Positions 1 through 9,743 are shown, numbered from the stretch's first letter. The stretch: 64,000 nucleotides of DNA from a bacterium (GCA_021787205.1 JAJYME010000006.1:15644-79643), one strand, 5' to 3'. Notes: generated by a model from the sequence alone, not told the origin. Numbers and translations are program-made.

Positions 1-831
1 TGTTTTCTTCGTTTCCGTCTTTTTCTTTGTTGTCCCTCTCTTCACCTCCTTAGCCGGCTTCGTTTTTGCCGGAACTTCTTTGTGAACTACGGGATAGATA
101 TCGCCATTCAAGTTGTTCATGATCTTTATGATCTTGGCGATCTTCTCAGAGACCAAAGACGCCCCGCCGACAAGCAACCCGTCTATTTCCGGCTGGTTCA
201 GGAAATCAGAACAGTTGTTCTCGTCGACTGATCCTCCGTATAAGACATTCACCCCAAAAAGACCTAGCGATTCGGCAGTCGATTTTATCAGCTTGGCGCG
301 CTCATTGATATCAGTCGGATTCGGAGTCTCCCCTGTGCCTATTGCCCAGATCGGCTCATAAGCGACCGTAATCTTTCCCGATCTTTTAGGAGGAATGCCG
401 GACAGAGAATTAATGACGTCTCTTCTTATGGTCCTGCCGGCCATCATTGTTCCTTCCTCTCTCTCCCTTTGACTCTCGCCGATGCAAATGATAACTGACA
501 AACCGAAATCAAGGGCCGCTTTTGCTTTCTGGACGATCAGTTCGTCAGTCTCTCCGAAGTAAATCCTTCTCTCCGAATGACCAAGAATCACGCTTTTCAC
601 TCCGGCTTTGACAAGCTGTCTCGAAGAGACCTCACCGGTAAAGGCGCCGTTGTCCAGGAAAGCGTCTTGAGCCCCGAGCTGCGCATAGGTCAGCTCTTTT
701 CCAAGGTGTAAAAAAAGATACGGAGCGGCAATGACGACGTTCTTTTTGTCGGAGATTCCAAAAAGCTTTTGCGCTTCCTGGGAACTCTCCGGATTGCACT
801 TCCAATTTGCGACAATAATTTTCGGTTTCAT
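1..831 (-). CDS. tpiA: Triosephosphate isomerase (3' end runs off the window start; Lys-rich C-terminal tail after the GGASL motif)
   Basis: Reverse-strand translation gives MKPKIIVANWKCN at the start, the AYEPIWAIGTG active-site signature, and LVGGASL near the end. No stop codon occurs before position 1. Confidence 0.85.
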   Translation of the reverse strand, partial: MKPKIIVANWKCNPESSQEAQKLFGISDKKNVVIAAPYLFLHLGKELTYAQLGAQDAFLDNGAFTGEVSSRQLVKAGVKSVILGHSERRIYFGETDELIVQKAKAALDFGLSVIICIGESQREREEGTMMAGRTIRRDVINSLSGIPPKRSGKITVAYEPIWAIGTGETPNPTDINERAKLIKSTAESLGLFGVNVLYGGSVDENNCSDFLNQPEIDGLLVGGASLVSEKIAKIIKIMNNLNGDIYPVVHKEVPAKTKPAKEVKRGTTKKKTETKKT

Positions 832-840
832 ATTTGTTTA

Positions 841-2727
841 TCAGTCTTTTTTAATAATCCTGTTGTTATAATACCATTCGAAGACATCTTTGGCGATTGG
901 AACGGCGTTCAACCCTCCCTCCTTGGCGTTCTCCACCAAGACCAGGACGCAAACTTCCTTGGGCGCGTTTTCTTCTGCGGTTATTTTCTCCTTTGGCACC
1001 GAATTGTAATTCGCGCATCCGACAAAGAAGGCGTTGGTCTTTTTGTTGTTTTGGATCTGGGCGCTTCCCGTCTTCCCGTAAACATCGAAGGGCAGACTGT
1101 CCAAAAGATGGGCCGTGCCGTAGTCCTTGGTGACCGCGTCTCTCATTCCGATTTTTGCCTCGGCGATATAACTCGCCAGATTCGTATCATCTTTGAGCAC
1201 CTGTTTGTCTTTGAAAGACAAGTGAGGGGTATAGACGGTTCCGCCATTGTAAATGGCTGAAATGGCCGAAATAAGGGAAATAGGGGTCACTACCATATCG
1301 CCCTGGCCGATCGAAGTGATGTAGGTATCGCCTATCGTCCAATCGATCCCGGTTCTCTTTTTCTTAGCTTCCGGAGTCGGGATTATCCCGACATTTTCAG
1401 AAGAAAGCTCTATCCCTGTTTTTGTATCCAATCCGAACAAAGAATAATATTTCCCCAGCCTTTCGATTCCTAATCCTTTGACTACCCCACCCCATCCTTT
1501 GAATAGGTCGGGGTTTTGGAGCAAGCCTCCTCCGGCTGCATAAAAATAAATGTTTGATGATCTCGCGATCGCAGAGTGAAGATCAACCCAACCGTGGGCC
1601 TTCCAGTCGACAAAACGAGTCGGATTGTCCGGATTGTACTTGTTGGGGATGTACATTTTTCCGGCCGAGTATACCTCATCATCGACTCTCATTACCTTCT
1701 CCGCCAGGACACCCGTAGCCACGATCGGCTTGATTGTCGATCCTGGAGAGTAAAGCCCTGAGATGGCGCGGTTCAGGAGCGGATGGTTTTCATCGATCAT
1801 CGACTTAGCGATATCTGAAGATGAGAATGAGGGCGCGGATACCAGCGCCAAGACCTCGCCATCGGTTGGATCAAGGGCTATTCCGACCGCTCCTGGACCG
1901 GATCCGATCCGCTTCATCAAATCAAGCAAGGATTGATAGAACTCATTTGTCAGACCGGCATCAACTGTCGTTTGCAAATCGTCGCCTTTTTTCGGCTCGC
2001 TGAAATTTCTCTGACCCAACTCTTTGCCCAAGGAGTTCCTGTAAGAGATTATCTTTCCGCTCTCGCCCCTAAGGGTCTCGTCAAAAAGATATTCCAGATT
2101 GGTCTTGCCGACGGTGTCTGACGGGGTGATCTTCTTTGAACTAAGATCTTCCTTTGTGGGAAGTCCGGTATATCCGACCACGTGGGCAAAGGGCGGCTCA
2201 AAAACTCGCTTCACATCCGTCCTCACTGAAAGTGAAGACAGGTTTAATGACTCTATGCTTATGGCTTCTTGTTTTGTCAGGTCTTTCTTTAGAAGGATCC
2301 CGTCTGAAGAAGCTCCGAACTTTGAAACGATTTCCGAAAACTCGGATTCGGTCATATTTATTAAGGGCAGCGCCTTTAAGACGGCCGGAGCTTCATTATT
2401 GGACACGGCTGACGAAGGATAGAAATAAACGGAAAGCGCCGCCTCGTTCTTGACGATAGGAGTCCCGTACCTGTCTCTTATTATTCCACGCTCAGCCGGG
2501 GTAATGATTACCCGATTGACATTGGATTCCGCTCTCGAAACATAGTAATCGTGTTTTATAAGAGAAAGATAAGCGACTCTTCCGATAACGATAAGGACAA
2601 TGACCCCAAAGAACGCAGCCAAGAAGCCAAAACTGCGTTTTTCAAGAGGACGCTCTACCCCGAATGCTTGCATATATTCCAGAGTGAATTCGTCAAAATC
2701 AAGGTTGTACTTTCTTCCGTGTTTCAT
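841..2727 (-). CDS. mrdA: Penicillin-binding protein 2 / peptidoglycan D,D-transpeptidase
   Basis: 628 aa with an N-terminal TM segment. Has the STIKP (SxxK), SSN and KTGSA motifs. Sits immediately downstream of mreBCD. Confidence 0.8.
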   Translation of the reverse strand: MKHGRKYNLDFDEFTLEYMQAFGVERPLEKRSFGFLAAFFGVIVLIVIGRVAYLSLIKHDYYVSRAESNVNRVIITPAERGIIRDRYGTPIVKNEAALSVYFYPSSAVSNNEAPAVLKALPLINMTESEFSEIVSKFGASSDGILLKKDLTKQEAISIESLNLSSLSVRTDVKRVFEPPFAHVVGYTGLPTKEDLSSKKITPSDTVGKTNLEYLFDETLRGESGKIISYRNSLGKELGQRNFSEPKKGDDLQTTVDAGLTNEFYQSLLDLMKRIGSGPGAVGIALDPTDGEVLALVSAPSFSSSDIAKSMIDENHPLLNRAISGLYSPGSTIKPIVATGVLAEKVMRVDDEVYSAGKMYIPNKYNPDNPTRFVDWKAHGWVDLHSAIARSSNIYFYAAGGGLLQNPDLFKGWGGVVKGLGIERLGKYYSLFGLDTKTGIELSSENVGIIPTPEAKKKRTGIDWTIGDTYITSIGQGDMVVTPISLISAISAIYNGGTVYTPHLSFKDKQVLKDDTNLASYIAEAKIGMRDAVTKDYGTAHLLDSLPFDVYGKTGSAQIQNNKKTNAFFVGCANYNSVPKEKITAEENAPKEVCVLVLVENAKEGGLNAVPIAKDVFEWYYNNRIIKKD

Positions 2728-2741
2728 TTCGGGTTTGTTTT

Positions 2742-3059
2742 TTATCTGGCAATAAGGGAAACCAGGAACGATAAAAAGGAGAATAAGGCGAGCGATAGTA
2801 TTATCGCCGAAGCCAGGTTTATTCTCTTATCAAAAGGCATCTTCACAAAAACAGCCGCTCCAATCGCGGCTGAGATAATGAAAGCAATATTTGCCAAATC
2901 AACGCCGGGATAGAATTTTAAAAGCAGGGCAGCGATGATTATTGGAATGATTTTATATTCAGGCTTCCTGATATAGGTCGTGATGATCACGACTGCGATG
3001 AGCGTCGCCGTGCCGAGATTGAAGAGCCAATGCAGGCTATTTAATAACGACTGAAACAT
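2742..3059 (-). CDS. mreD: Rod shape-determining protein MreD-like small polytopic membrane protein
   Basis: 105 aa and entirely hydrophobic. Lies between mreC and mrdA, the canonical mreD position. No sequence motif is available, so the call rests on synteny. Confidence 0.4.
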   Translation of the reverse strand: MFQSLLNSLHWLFNLGTATLIAVVIITTYIRKPEYKIIPIIIAALLLKFYPGVDLANIAFIISAAIGAAVFVKMPFDKRINLASAIILSLALFSFLSFLVSLIAR

Positions 3060-3702
3060 CTCTTAAAGTTTTTAGGTCCAATATCGACTCTATTCCGGCA
3101 GTTTTGAGCAATTCCCCATTCATACTCTTCGTCTTGCCCAATCCCAATCCGTATGGATAATCGGCCGCCGCTGAGACGACTAATTCGCAACAAGGGAGGG
3201 CATCTTTGGTGTCTATCATCTGCAAGCTCGGTTCCAACCCGCCGACATAAAGGGCGTCTATTTCATTCTTCCCGATTCTCACCGGAAGTTTGAACGTCCT
3301 GTCAAAGATGGTCTGGACGGAGCTGGTATTCTTAAAAACTTTCACCACCCTTCCTACAAGGAGATTGTCGGAAACGACGATATCGCCCTCCTTCACTCCG
3401 TTTCCTGAGCCGATATTGATTGTTACTTGGGATCTGTCTGAAAAGGGATAAGAGGAGAAGACTTTCGCCTTGATCGAATTATGCTTCTCCTCGGAAAGGG
3501 AGATAGCCGCTACTGACTTCAACCTCATATTCTCGACTTCCAGCTGTTTGTTCTTTTCTCTCAGCAAGTCTAACTCGCTCACTCCACTGACCTTGTCGGC
3601 CACATAGGCAAAGACGACGCCTTTTCCGGCGATAAACCATTCGCCGGAAAGGACAACATAAAGCAAAAGGGATAAGATTAGCGGAACAATCGTTTTCTTC
3701 AT
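3037..3702 (-). CDS. mreC: Rod shape-determining protein MreC
   Basis: N-terminal TM segment, then the coiled coil LREKNKQLEVENMRLKS, then a beta-rich domain. Lies directly after mreB. Confidence 0.75.
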   Translation of the reverse strand: MKKTIVPLILSLLLYVVLSGEWFIAGKGVVFAYVADKVSGVSELDLLREKNKQLEVENMRLKSVAAISLSEEKHNSIKAKVFSSYPFSDRSQVTINIGSGNGVKEGDIVVSDNLLVGRVVKVFKNTSSVQTIFDRTFKLPVRIGKNEIDALYVGGLEPSLQMIDTKDALPCCELVVSAAADYPYGLGLGKTKSMNGELLKTAGIESILDLKTLRDVSVVIK

Positions 3703-3864
3703 TTTTTTGATTCCAAATGATTTGTCTGAATTCTAACAAAATTTCTCAAAAATATAAAGAGAACGACACAAAAACAAAAATAAGTAAACACCTCCCTGCC
3801 TTCCCTGAACCTTTACCAGGCTCCAAGCATAAGGTATTTACTTATTTTATTGATGCTATGCCGT

Positions 3865-4908
3865 TTATAAGGTGACTTCCCTCGGTCTCGCCTGGCTGGC
3901 CAGCATCCTTTCATACTTGTCAAAATCCTCAACGATATCTCCCAAGCCCCTGATAACACAGGTTTGCGGCTCAGCGATAAGATTAGTTTTGACGGTTGTT
4001 TCCTTTTCGATATGGCGTTCTATGCCACGAAGCAAAGAGCCGCCCCCCGAGAGATAGATTCCCTTCTCGAGAATATCTCCGACAAGTTCCGGCGGACATT
4101 CTTCTATGAGACCTCTCGCCGCATCAGCAATCGTTTTCAATGACTTCGTGATTGCCAATCGGACATGGGAGTTTTTAACCATTACCTCCTTCGGCAATCC
4201 GGAGCTCAAGTCTCTTCCGCGGATAGTCATCTCAAGCTTTTCATCAACGGTGATGGCCGAACCGATCCTGATCTTTATCTCTTCCGCCGTCGGTTCTCCA
4301 ATCGCCAGATGAAACTCATCTTTGATGTATTTGATGATATCCTCGTTCATTTTGTCTCCGGCAACCTTCAAGCTCCTCGAAGTGACTGAACCGCCGACGG
4401 AGATTATTGCCATTTCGGTCGTTCCTCCTCCGATGTTTATGATCATATTTGCCGTCGGTTCGTTTATCGGCAAGTTTGCTCCCAGAGCTGCGGCGATAGG
4501 AATCTCAACAAGATACACCTTGGAAACTCCGGCCGAGAGAAGGACGTCCTCAGCCGATTTGCGCTCGACTTCGGTCATGTTTGAAGGAACTGCCAGGACC
4601 GCCAGACCGCATCTTGAGAAAAATCCGTTTTTGAGTTTCTCTAGGTGGTGCTTCATTATCTCCCCGGTCATTTCAAAATCGGAAACGACTCCTCCCTGGA
4701 TGGGACGGACAACGGTGATATGCTGCGGAGAACGGTCTAACATCCTCTTCGCTTCCGCTCCCACGGCTACGATTTGCCCAGTCTTGTTGTTGATGGCGAT
4801 AATCGTAGGTTCGGAGACGATGATTCCGGAACCCTTCAGATAAACCAAGGTATTGACCGTTCCCAAATCGACTCCTATTTGATAATTAAAGTTTTCGAAT
4901 ATCTTCAT
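3865..4908 (-). CDS. mreB: Actin-like rod shape-determining protein MreB
   Basis: Has the GIDLGTVNTLVY phosphate-1 motif and the LSGGGSLLRG phosphate-2 motif. 347 aa. Confidence 0.9.
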   Translation of the reverse strand: MKIFENFNYQIGVDLGTVNTLVYLKGSGIIVSEPTIIAINNKTGQIVAVGAEAKRMLDRSPQHITVVRPIQGGVVSDFEMTGEIMKHHLEKLKNGFFSRCGLAVLAVPSNMTEVERKSAEDVLLSAGVSKVYLVEIPIAAALGANLPINEPTANMIINIGGGTTEMAIISVGGSVTSRSLKVAGDKMNEDIIKYIKDEFHLAIGEPTAEEIKIRIGSAITVDEKLEMTIRGRDLSSGLPKEVMVKNSHVRLAITKSLKTIADAARGLIEECPPELVGDILEKGIYLSGGGSLLRGIERHIEKETTVKTNLIAEPQTCVIRGLGDIVEDFDKYERMLASQARPREVTL

Positions 4909-6100
4909 AATTCAGTATTTCAAGTTCTTCTTTTGCTCGGCGCTTTACTTCTATTTTATCACCAAGTTTCTCACTGACAACCAGACGGATCGGAAGCCCT
5001 AAGAGGTCCGCATCGGCGAACTTCTCTCCAGCGGAGACATCCCTGTCATCATAAAGGACGGACATCCCCTCTCCCGTCATCTTCTCATACAACTCTTGTC
5101 CAAGACCCCTCTTTGTCTCAATCAGGTGGAATTTGAACGGCGCCACGCCTTCAGGCAAGATTATACCCTTATCATCATGGCTAGCCTCGACGATTGCTCC
5201 TAAGAGACGTGAGACGCCAATTCCGTAACAACCCATGATTGCCTCTTTGGTTTCCCCATTCTGGTCCTTGAATTTCATTTCGAAAGCCTTTGAGAATTTG
5301 GTTCCAAGCTTGAATATGTTTCCTACTTCCGCCGCCTTTATCGGCTGCAGATTCTTCTCGCCGCAAACGGGACAAGTATTTTGTTCTTCATAAATCTCGT
5401 CATTGACGGCAACGTGGCATTTCTCGCACAAATGGATCAGGTCTTCTCCAGCATCGGTTATCATCTGGAATTCATGAGAATATTTGGCGAAAGTCCCTCC
5501 GGACGCATAGGTCAAGACTGTCTTGTCGCCAATTCCCAATTCCTGGAAAACGGCCGTGTAGGCCTTGGTCATCTTTTCGTAATAATCATCCAAGTCTTCC
5601 TGGTTGGTGTGGAAGGAATAGAGATCTTTCATATAAAATTCCCTTCCTCTCATCAATCCCGATTTGGCTCTCTTCTCATCCCTGAATTTCCATTGGAATT
5701 GGAATACGGAAATGGGCAAGTCCCTGTATGAAGAAACGTTGGCTTTCACAAGCGGAGTGACTATCTCTTCATGGGTAGGACCCAGGACATAATCAGTTCT
5801 TGAGTAAAAGCTGGTGAAGCGGAACAGGACATCGAGCGTATCATACCTTCCGGTCACTTCCCAAGCAGACTTTGGATGAAGGGCACTCATATAGATCTCC
5901 GATCCTCCGGCGGCAACCATGTGCTTTCTGATGATGTTTTCGATATTCTTTAGAGCCATCAAACCCAAGGGAAGATAGCTATAAACTCCAGCCATGATCT
6001 TGTAGACATAGCCGGCGCGCAAAAGGAGCTTGGCATTCAACGATTCCTCATCCTGCGGATTGAACTTTTGGGTTTTTGAAAAAAGTGATGATTGTTTCAT
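4886..6100 (-). CDS. proS: Prolyl-tRNA synthetase, short form (404 aa)
   Basis: Class II aaRS with the motif-2 sequence RAKSGLMRGREFYMKDLYSF, typical of ProRS. The N-terminus aligns with ProRS (LLLRAGYVYK...LPLGL). Confidence 0.8.
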   Translation of the reverse strand: MKQSSLFSKTQKFNPQDEESLNAKLLLRAGYVYKIMAGVYSYLPLGLMALKNIENIIRKHMVAAGGSEIYMSALHPKSAWEVTGRYDTLDVLFRFTSFYSRTDYVLGPTHEEIVTPLVKANVSSYRDLPISVFQFQWKFRDEKRAKSGLMRGREFYMKDLYSFHTNQEDLDDYYEKMTKAYTAVFQELGIGDKTVLTYASGGTFAKYSHEFQMITDAGEDLIHLCEKCHVAVNDEIYEEQNTCPVCGEKNLQPIKAAEVGNIFKLGTKFSKAFEMKFKDQNGETKEAIMGCYGIGVSRLLGAIVEASHDDKGIILPEGVAPFKFHLIETKRGLGQELYEKMTGEGMSVLYDDRDVSAGEKFADADLLGLPIRLVVSEKLGDKIEVKRRAKEELEILNYEDIRKL

Positions 6101-6102
6101 GT

Positions 6103-7101
6103 TTATTTTTTGATTAGGTTGACGACGTCTTTGGCCGTTGCCAAAAACATCAGCGCCAAAAGGATAAAGAACCCTAAAGTATTTATTATCCCGACCACTT
6201 TCTGACTCAAAGGGCGTTTTTGGATCTTCTCTATTGCCAGGAATAAAAGATGTCCGCCATCAAGAGCCGGAAAGGGCAGGAAGTTGATCACGAACAAGTT
6301 GACGGAAACCACAGCCAGAAGCTGCAGAAAATAAACCGCCCCCATGCTTTCCGCCACCGATACGGCGCGGAACACCGCCACCGGACCAGAGGCTCCGGAA
6401 AAATCAACGGATGTAAACATGTGGATCAAGGCCTGGATGATGTAAGAAACGGTTTCGGTCGTTCTCATAAATCCTTCTCCAATCGCGGAGAAGAAGGGTT
6501 GCTTCTCAATCCCGCCCTCTTGCAGGGCCACTCCGATTTTTGCCTTGCCGGTCTCATCGATTCTTGGGGTGACTCTTGCTGTTATATCTTTCCCTTCGCG
6601 CGAAAGATTCAAGGATATCTCCTTGTCGGGATTTCGTCCGATATATTCAGTCAGCTCCTTGATAGTCTCAAAATCACGGACCGAGTCATAACTCTTTATC
6701 CCGGCCGCTGCCGCCGGAGATCCCGGCAAGACCGCTTCGACATAGACCGTCTGTTTTATCCCGATCAAGAAGATGATCGAGAAAGCGACCCAGGCAATCA
6801 AGAAATTCATGAATATCCCGGCGACAAAGACGACAAGTCTCTTCCAAGCCGGCGGCAAGCGATGCATATCCTCGCCTTCTCCAGGAACCAACCCTTTTAC
6901 TTTTACAAATCCTCCGAAAGGAATGGCATTTATGGAGTATATCGTTCCTTTTATCTTCTTGCCGAATATCCTCGGGGGTAAACCAAAACCGAACTCTTCA
7001 ACTTCAAAACCCGCCTTTTTGGCGGCGATAAAGTGACCGAATTCATGTCCTAAGATTAGGATCGCAAAGAAAAAAAGAATTAACAGGCCTGTTAAAAGCA
7101 T
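6103..7101 (-). CDS. rseP: Site-2 protease RseP-like (M50 zinc metalloprotease with a PDZ domain)
   Basis: HEFGHF (HExxH) in TM1, a central PDZ-like segment, and a C-terminal LDGG motif. Confidence 0.8.
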   Translation of the reverse strand: MLLTGLLILFFFAILILGHEFGHFIAAKKAGFEVEEFGFGLPPRIFGKKIKGTIYSINAIPFGGFVKVKGLVPGEGEDMHRLPPAWKRLVVFVAGIFMNFLIAWVAFSIIFLIGIKQTVYVEAVLPGSPAAAAGIKSYDSVRDFETIKELTEYIGRNPDKEISLNLSREGKDITARVTPRIDETGKAKIGVALQEGGIEKQPFFSAIGEGFMRTTETVSYIIQALIHMFTSVDFSGASGPVAVFRAVSVAESMGAVYFLQLLAVVSVNLFVINFLPFPALDGGHLLFLAIEKIQKRPLSQKVVGIINTLGFFILLALMFLATAKDVVNLIKK

Positions 7102-7105
7102 AATG

Positions 7106-7639
7106 TTATTGGTTGAGTTCTTCTATTTTTTGGGCAACGAGAGAATCCACTTCCGCATTAAACTTATCAACGATCTTTTGCAAACCGTCTTTGGCTCGGA
7201 ACTTCTCATCCTCATCGGCGATGGCATTTACCGCCTTTATATATTTGTCCCTGTTGGACCTCATCTTGATGCGGTTCTCCTCGGCAATTGATTTTACGAG
7301 TTTTATAAGCTCGTCTTTTCTTTCAATGGTCAGTTCTGGCATTGTGAGGCGGACTCCCGTTGAATCGGCGACGATTCCCAATCCCAGATTCTCCGATTCG
7401 ATAGCCTTGGTAATGGCCGGAATCGCGGCCTTATCCCAAGGGGTAACGATGATATCGCGAGGGGCTTGGATGGAGAGGCTGGCCACCTGGTTAAGCTCCA
7501 AGTTGGTCCCCATATAATCTACCTTCACGCGCTCGACCAGCCTTGTCGTCGGCCTGTTTGAGCGGATTTTCATGTATTCTTCCTTGAGCCACGAGATAAT
7601 TCCCGCGGTCATTTGTTCCATTTCTTTTAAAGGATCCAT
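7106..7639 (-). CDS. frr: Ribosome recycling factor
   Basis: 177 aa aligning along its full length with Frr (…VERVKVDYMGTNLELNQVASL…). Confidence 0.9.
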   Translation of the reverse strand: MDPLKEMEQMTAGIISWLKEEYMKIRSNRPTTRLVERVKVDYMGTNLELNQVASLSIQAPRDIIVTPWDKAAIPAITKAIESENLGLGIVADSTGVRLTMPELTIERKDELIKLVKSIAEENRIKMRSNRDKYIKAVNAIADEDEKFRAKDGLQKIVDKFNAEVDSLVAQKIEELNQ

Positions 7640-8397
7640 GGTGTTGATTTTAATTGAAGTTTTTTATTTAAGTTGAATTGTTTTGAAAGATAATAACGAT
7701 GAAGCGATTCTTTCAGGTTCTGATAACTCTTTTCCTCCGAGTTATATAGGTCAAGCAGTGATTTCAATATGAACTTGTCATACTCCGCCTCCGTTTCGAA
7801 TTTAAGATCTTTTGGAGCTTTGATCTTTTGCCAGTCTTCGGACAAGATAGCCTTCGCCAGTCCCGGCCGGCCGAGAGAAATTCTCGCCAGGCTTTCCGCT
7901 TCCTTTTCCGGAAGTTTGCATTCCTCAATCAGCCAGCTTCTCATTATTTCCATCTGGACTCTTGGAAAGTATATTTTCCTGAGCCTCGAAGCGAGGGTCG
8001 GCAAGATTGACTCCGATGAATTCACCGTCAAGATGATCAAGGAATGGATTGGCGGCTCCTCAGTTATCTTCAAGAAGGCGTTTTGGGCCTCCCTTGTCAT
8101 ATTTTCCGCGTCACGGACGATGACCGTCCTATAATCGGAAGCTACCGGAACGACGGCTAAGAAGTTTTTTATCTCTCTTATCTCATCGATTCCGATCGTA
8201 TTCCTTTCCGGGTCAGGACTGATTATGAAAGCATCGGACAAAACCGAAGGATTCTTCTCTAAGGAATTCGCCAGCTCAAGAGCAAAGGCGAACTTCCCTG
8301 TCATCGGTTCTCCGAAGAACAGATAACTGCCCCCGAGAGTTCCCGACTCCCTCATTTTTGTTATGATTGCTTTTTCTTTTTCCCGACCTATTAACAT
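7627..8397 (-). CDS. holB: DNA polymerase III delta' subunit-like AAA+ clamp-loader protein
   Basis: Degenerate P-loop GEPMTGKFAFALELA, a DAENMT Walker B-like box, and the sensor TLASRLRKIYF (an SRC-like motif). 256 aa. Confidence 0.6.
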   Translation of the reverse strand: MLIGREKEKAIITKMRESGTLGGSYLFFGEPMTGKFAFALELANSLEKNPSVLSDAFIISPDPERNTIGIDEIREIKNFLAVVPVASDYRTVIVRDAENMTREAQNAFLKITEEPPIHSLIILTVNSSESILPTLASRLRKIYFPRVQMEIMRSWLIEECKLPEKEAESLARISLGRPGLAKAILSEDWQKIKAPKDLKFETEAEYDKFILKSLLDLYNSEEKSYQNLKESLHRYYLSKQFNLNKKLQLKSTPWIL

Positions 8398-8421
8398 TTT
8401 ATTTTAAAAATTATACAGATG

Positions 8422-8544
8422 ACGCAAACACTCTCGCAGCGTTATCTGCAGCGATTCGGCCCGGTCGGCGCCACGGGCGACGCGAATCGCGAAGCCATTC
8501 GAGTGAGCGCCGGCTCACGAGATTAGCGAGAGAGTTGTTTGCGT
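8422..8544. ncRNA. Copy A of a ~120-nt structured intergenic element (see findings); strand unknown
   Basis: Terminal inverted arms CGCAAACACTCTCGC and GCGAGAGAGTTGTTTGCG enclose two hairpins; hairpin 2 has a GCCG loop, the GCYG-loop counterpart of copies B and C. Related copies lie at 10699-10825 and 45811-45930. Confidence 0.45.
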
Positions 8545-8564
8545 TGTTTGTAATTCGCTCGTAA

Positions 8565-9641
8565 TTAGAATTTATTAAGCAAAGTTTTCTTATAAACATC
8601 CAAATGATTCAAGATCATGCTCGAACCCTTGGCGACGCACATTATCGCTTCCGGAGCGGTATACGCTTCCACTCCCAGGATGCGCTTCAGGAAATCAGCG
8701 ATGTTTCTGAGGTTGGCTCCTCCGCCGGAAACTATCACTCCTTTTTCCATTACGTCCGCCACTAACTCTGGCGGTGTCTGGTTGAAGACTCCTTGGATGC
8801 TCGAAGCGATTTCCAAAAGCAGTGGATTCAAAGCTTCGGCGATCTCGTTCGAATTGATGGTGATGTCTTTTGGAAGACCCGTCGTCAGGTCTCTTCCGCG
8901 AATTTCGAATTCGATCTTATTCTTCATCGGAATTGCCGAACCGGCGTTTATCTTCGCCAACTCCGCGGTCTGCTCTCCAATGGATAGGGAATACTTCTTC
9001 TTGATGTATTCTATGATCGCATTGTCGAACTTGTTTCCGGCAACTCTAAGAGAAGACCAGCAAACGACGGAACCTAGGGCGATTACAGCCACCTCAGAAG
9101 TTCCTCCGCCGATGTTAACAATCATATTTCCAGAAGACGAGTTGATCGGGATTCCAGCGCCTAAGGCAGCCATTAATGGTTCCTTGACGATATAGGCGGT
9201 CTTAGCTCCTGCTTCTTCCGCCGCTTGGACGATAGCGCGTCTTTCGGTTGCCGTAATTCCAGCCGGACCGGAGACAACCACATCAGGACGCCAGATATTA
9301 AATGTGCCAATAGCCTTTCTGATAAAATAGGTCAGCATTGCTCGAGTGATATAATAGTCGGCAATGACGCCATCCTTAAGCGGACGGTAAGCGGCGATGT
9401 CTCCGGGCGTGCGACCAACCATTTCTTTCGCCTCCCTTCCGACAGCCAAAACTTTGTTAGTTGATAAATCAAGCGCAACGATTGTTGGTTCATTGATTAT
9501 GAAACCCTTGTCCGGAGTGTAGACCACGGTATTTGTCGTTCCCAAATCAATCCCTATCTGACGCGTAAACATAATTAATATATTAACATAAAATACCCCA
9601 AAGTCTAACCCGCTTTGATTGACAAAACGCCCTAAATTCAT
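8565..9641 (-). CDS. Second MreB/Mbl-family actin-like protein
   Basis: Has [12 protein letters not shown] and GGGTSEVAV motifs. 358 aa. A paralogue of the 3865-4908 gene. Confidence 0.8.
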   Translation of the reverse strand: MNLGRFVNQSGLDFGVFYVNILIMFTRQIGIDLGTTNTVVYTPDKGFIINEPTIVALDLSTNKVLAVGREAKEMVGRTPGDIAAYRPLKDGVIADYYITRAMLTYFIRKAIGTFNIWRPDVVVSGPAGITATERRAIVQAAEEAGAKTAYIVKEPLMAALGAGIPINSSSGNMIVNIGGGTSEVAVIALGSVVCWSSLRVAGNKFDNAIIEYIKKKYSLSIGEQTAELAKINAGSAIPMKNKIEFEIRGRDLTTGLPKDITINSNEIAEALNPLLLEIASSIQGVFNQTPPELVADVMEKGVIVSGGGANLRNIADFLKRILGVEAYTAPEAIMCVAKGSSMILNHLDVYKKTLLNKF

Positions 9642-9702
9642 TATTGGAAATATCTAAAATTAAAGCGAAAAATGGCCGCCCCTCCCCTCTCTTCATGATC
9701 CG

Positions 9703-9743
9703 CTAAAAACTAAAAGAACCCGACGGTTAACGTCGGGTTCTTT
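9703..9743 (-). terminator. Intrinsic terminator downstream of map
   Basis: Perfect stem GAACCCGACG/CGTCGGGTTC followed, on the minus strand, by a TTTTAGTTTTT tract. Confidence 0.5.
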
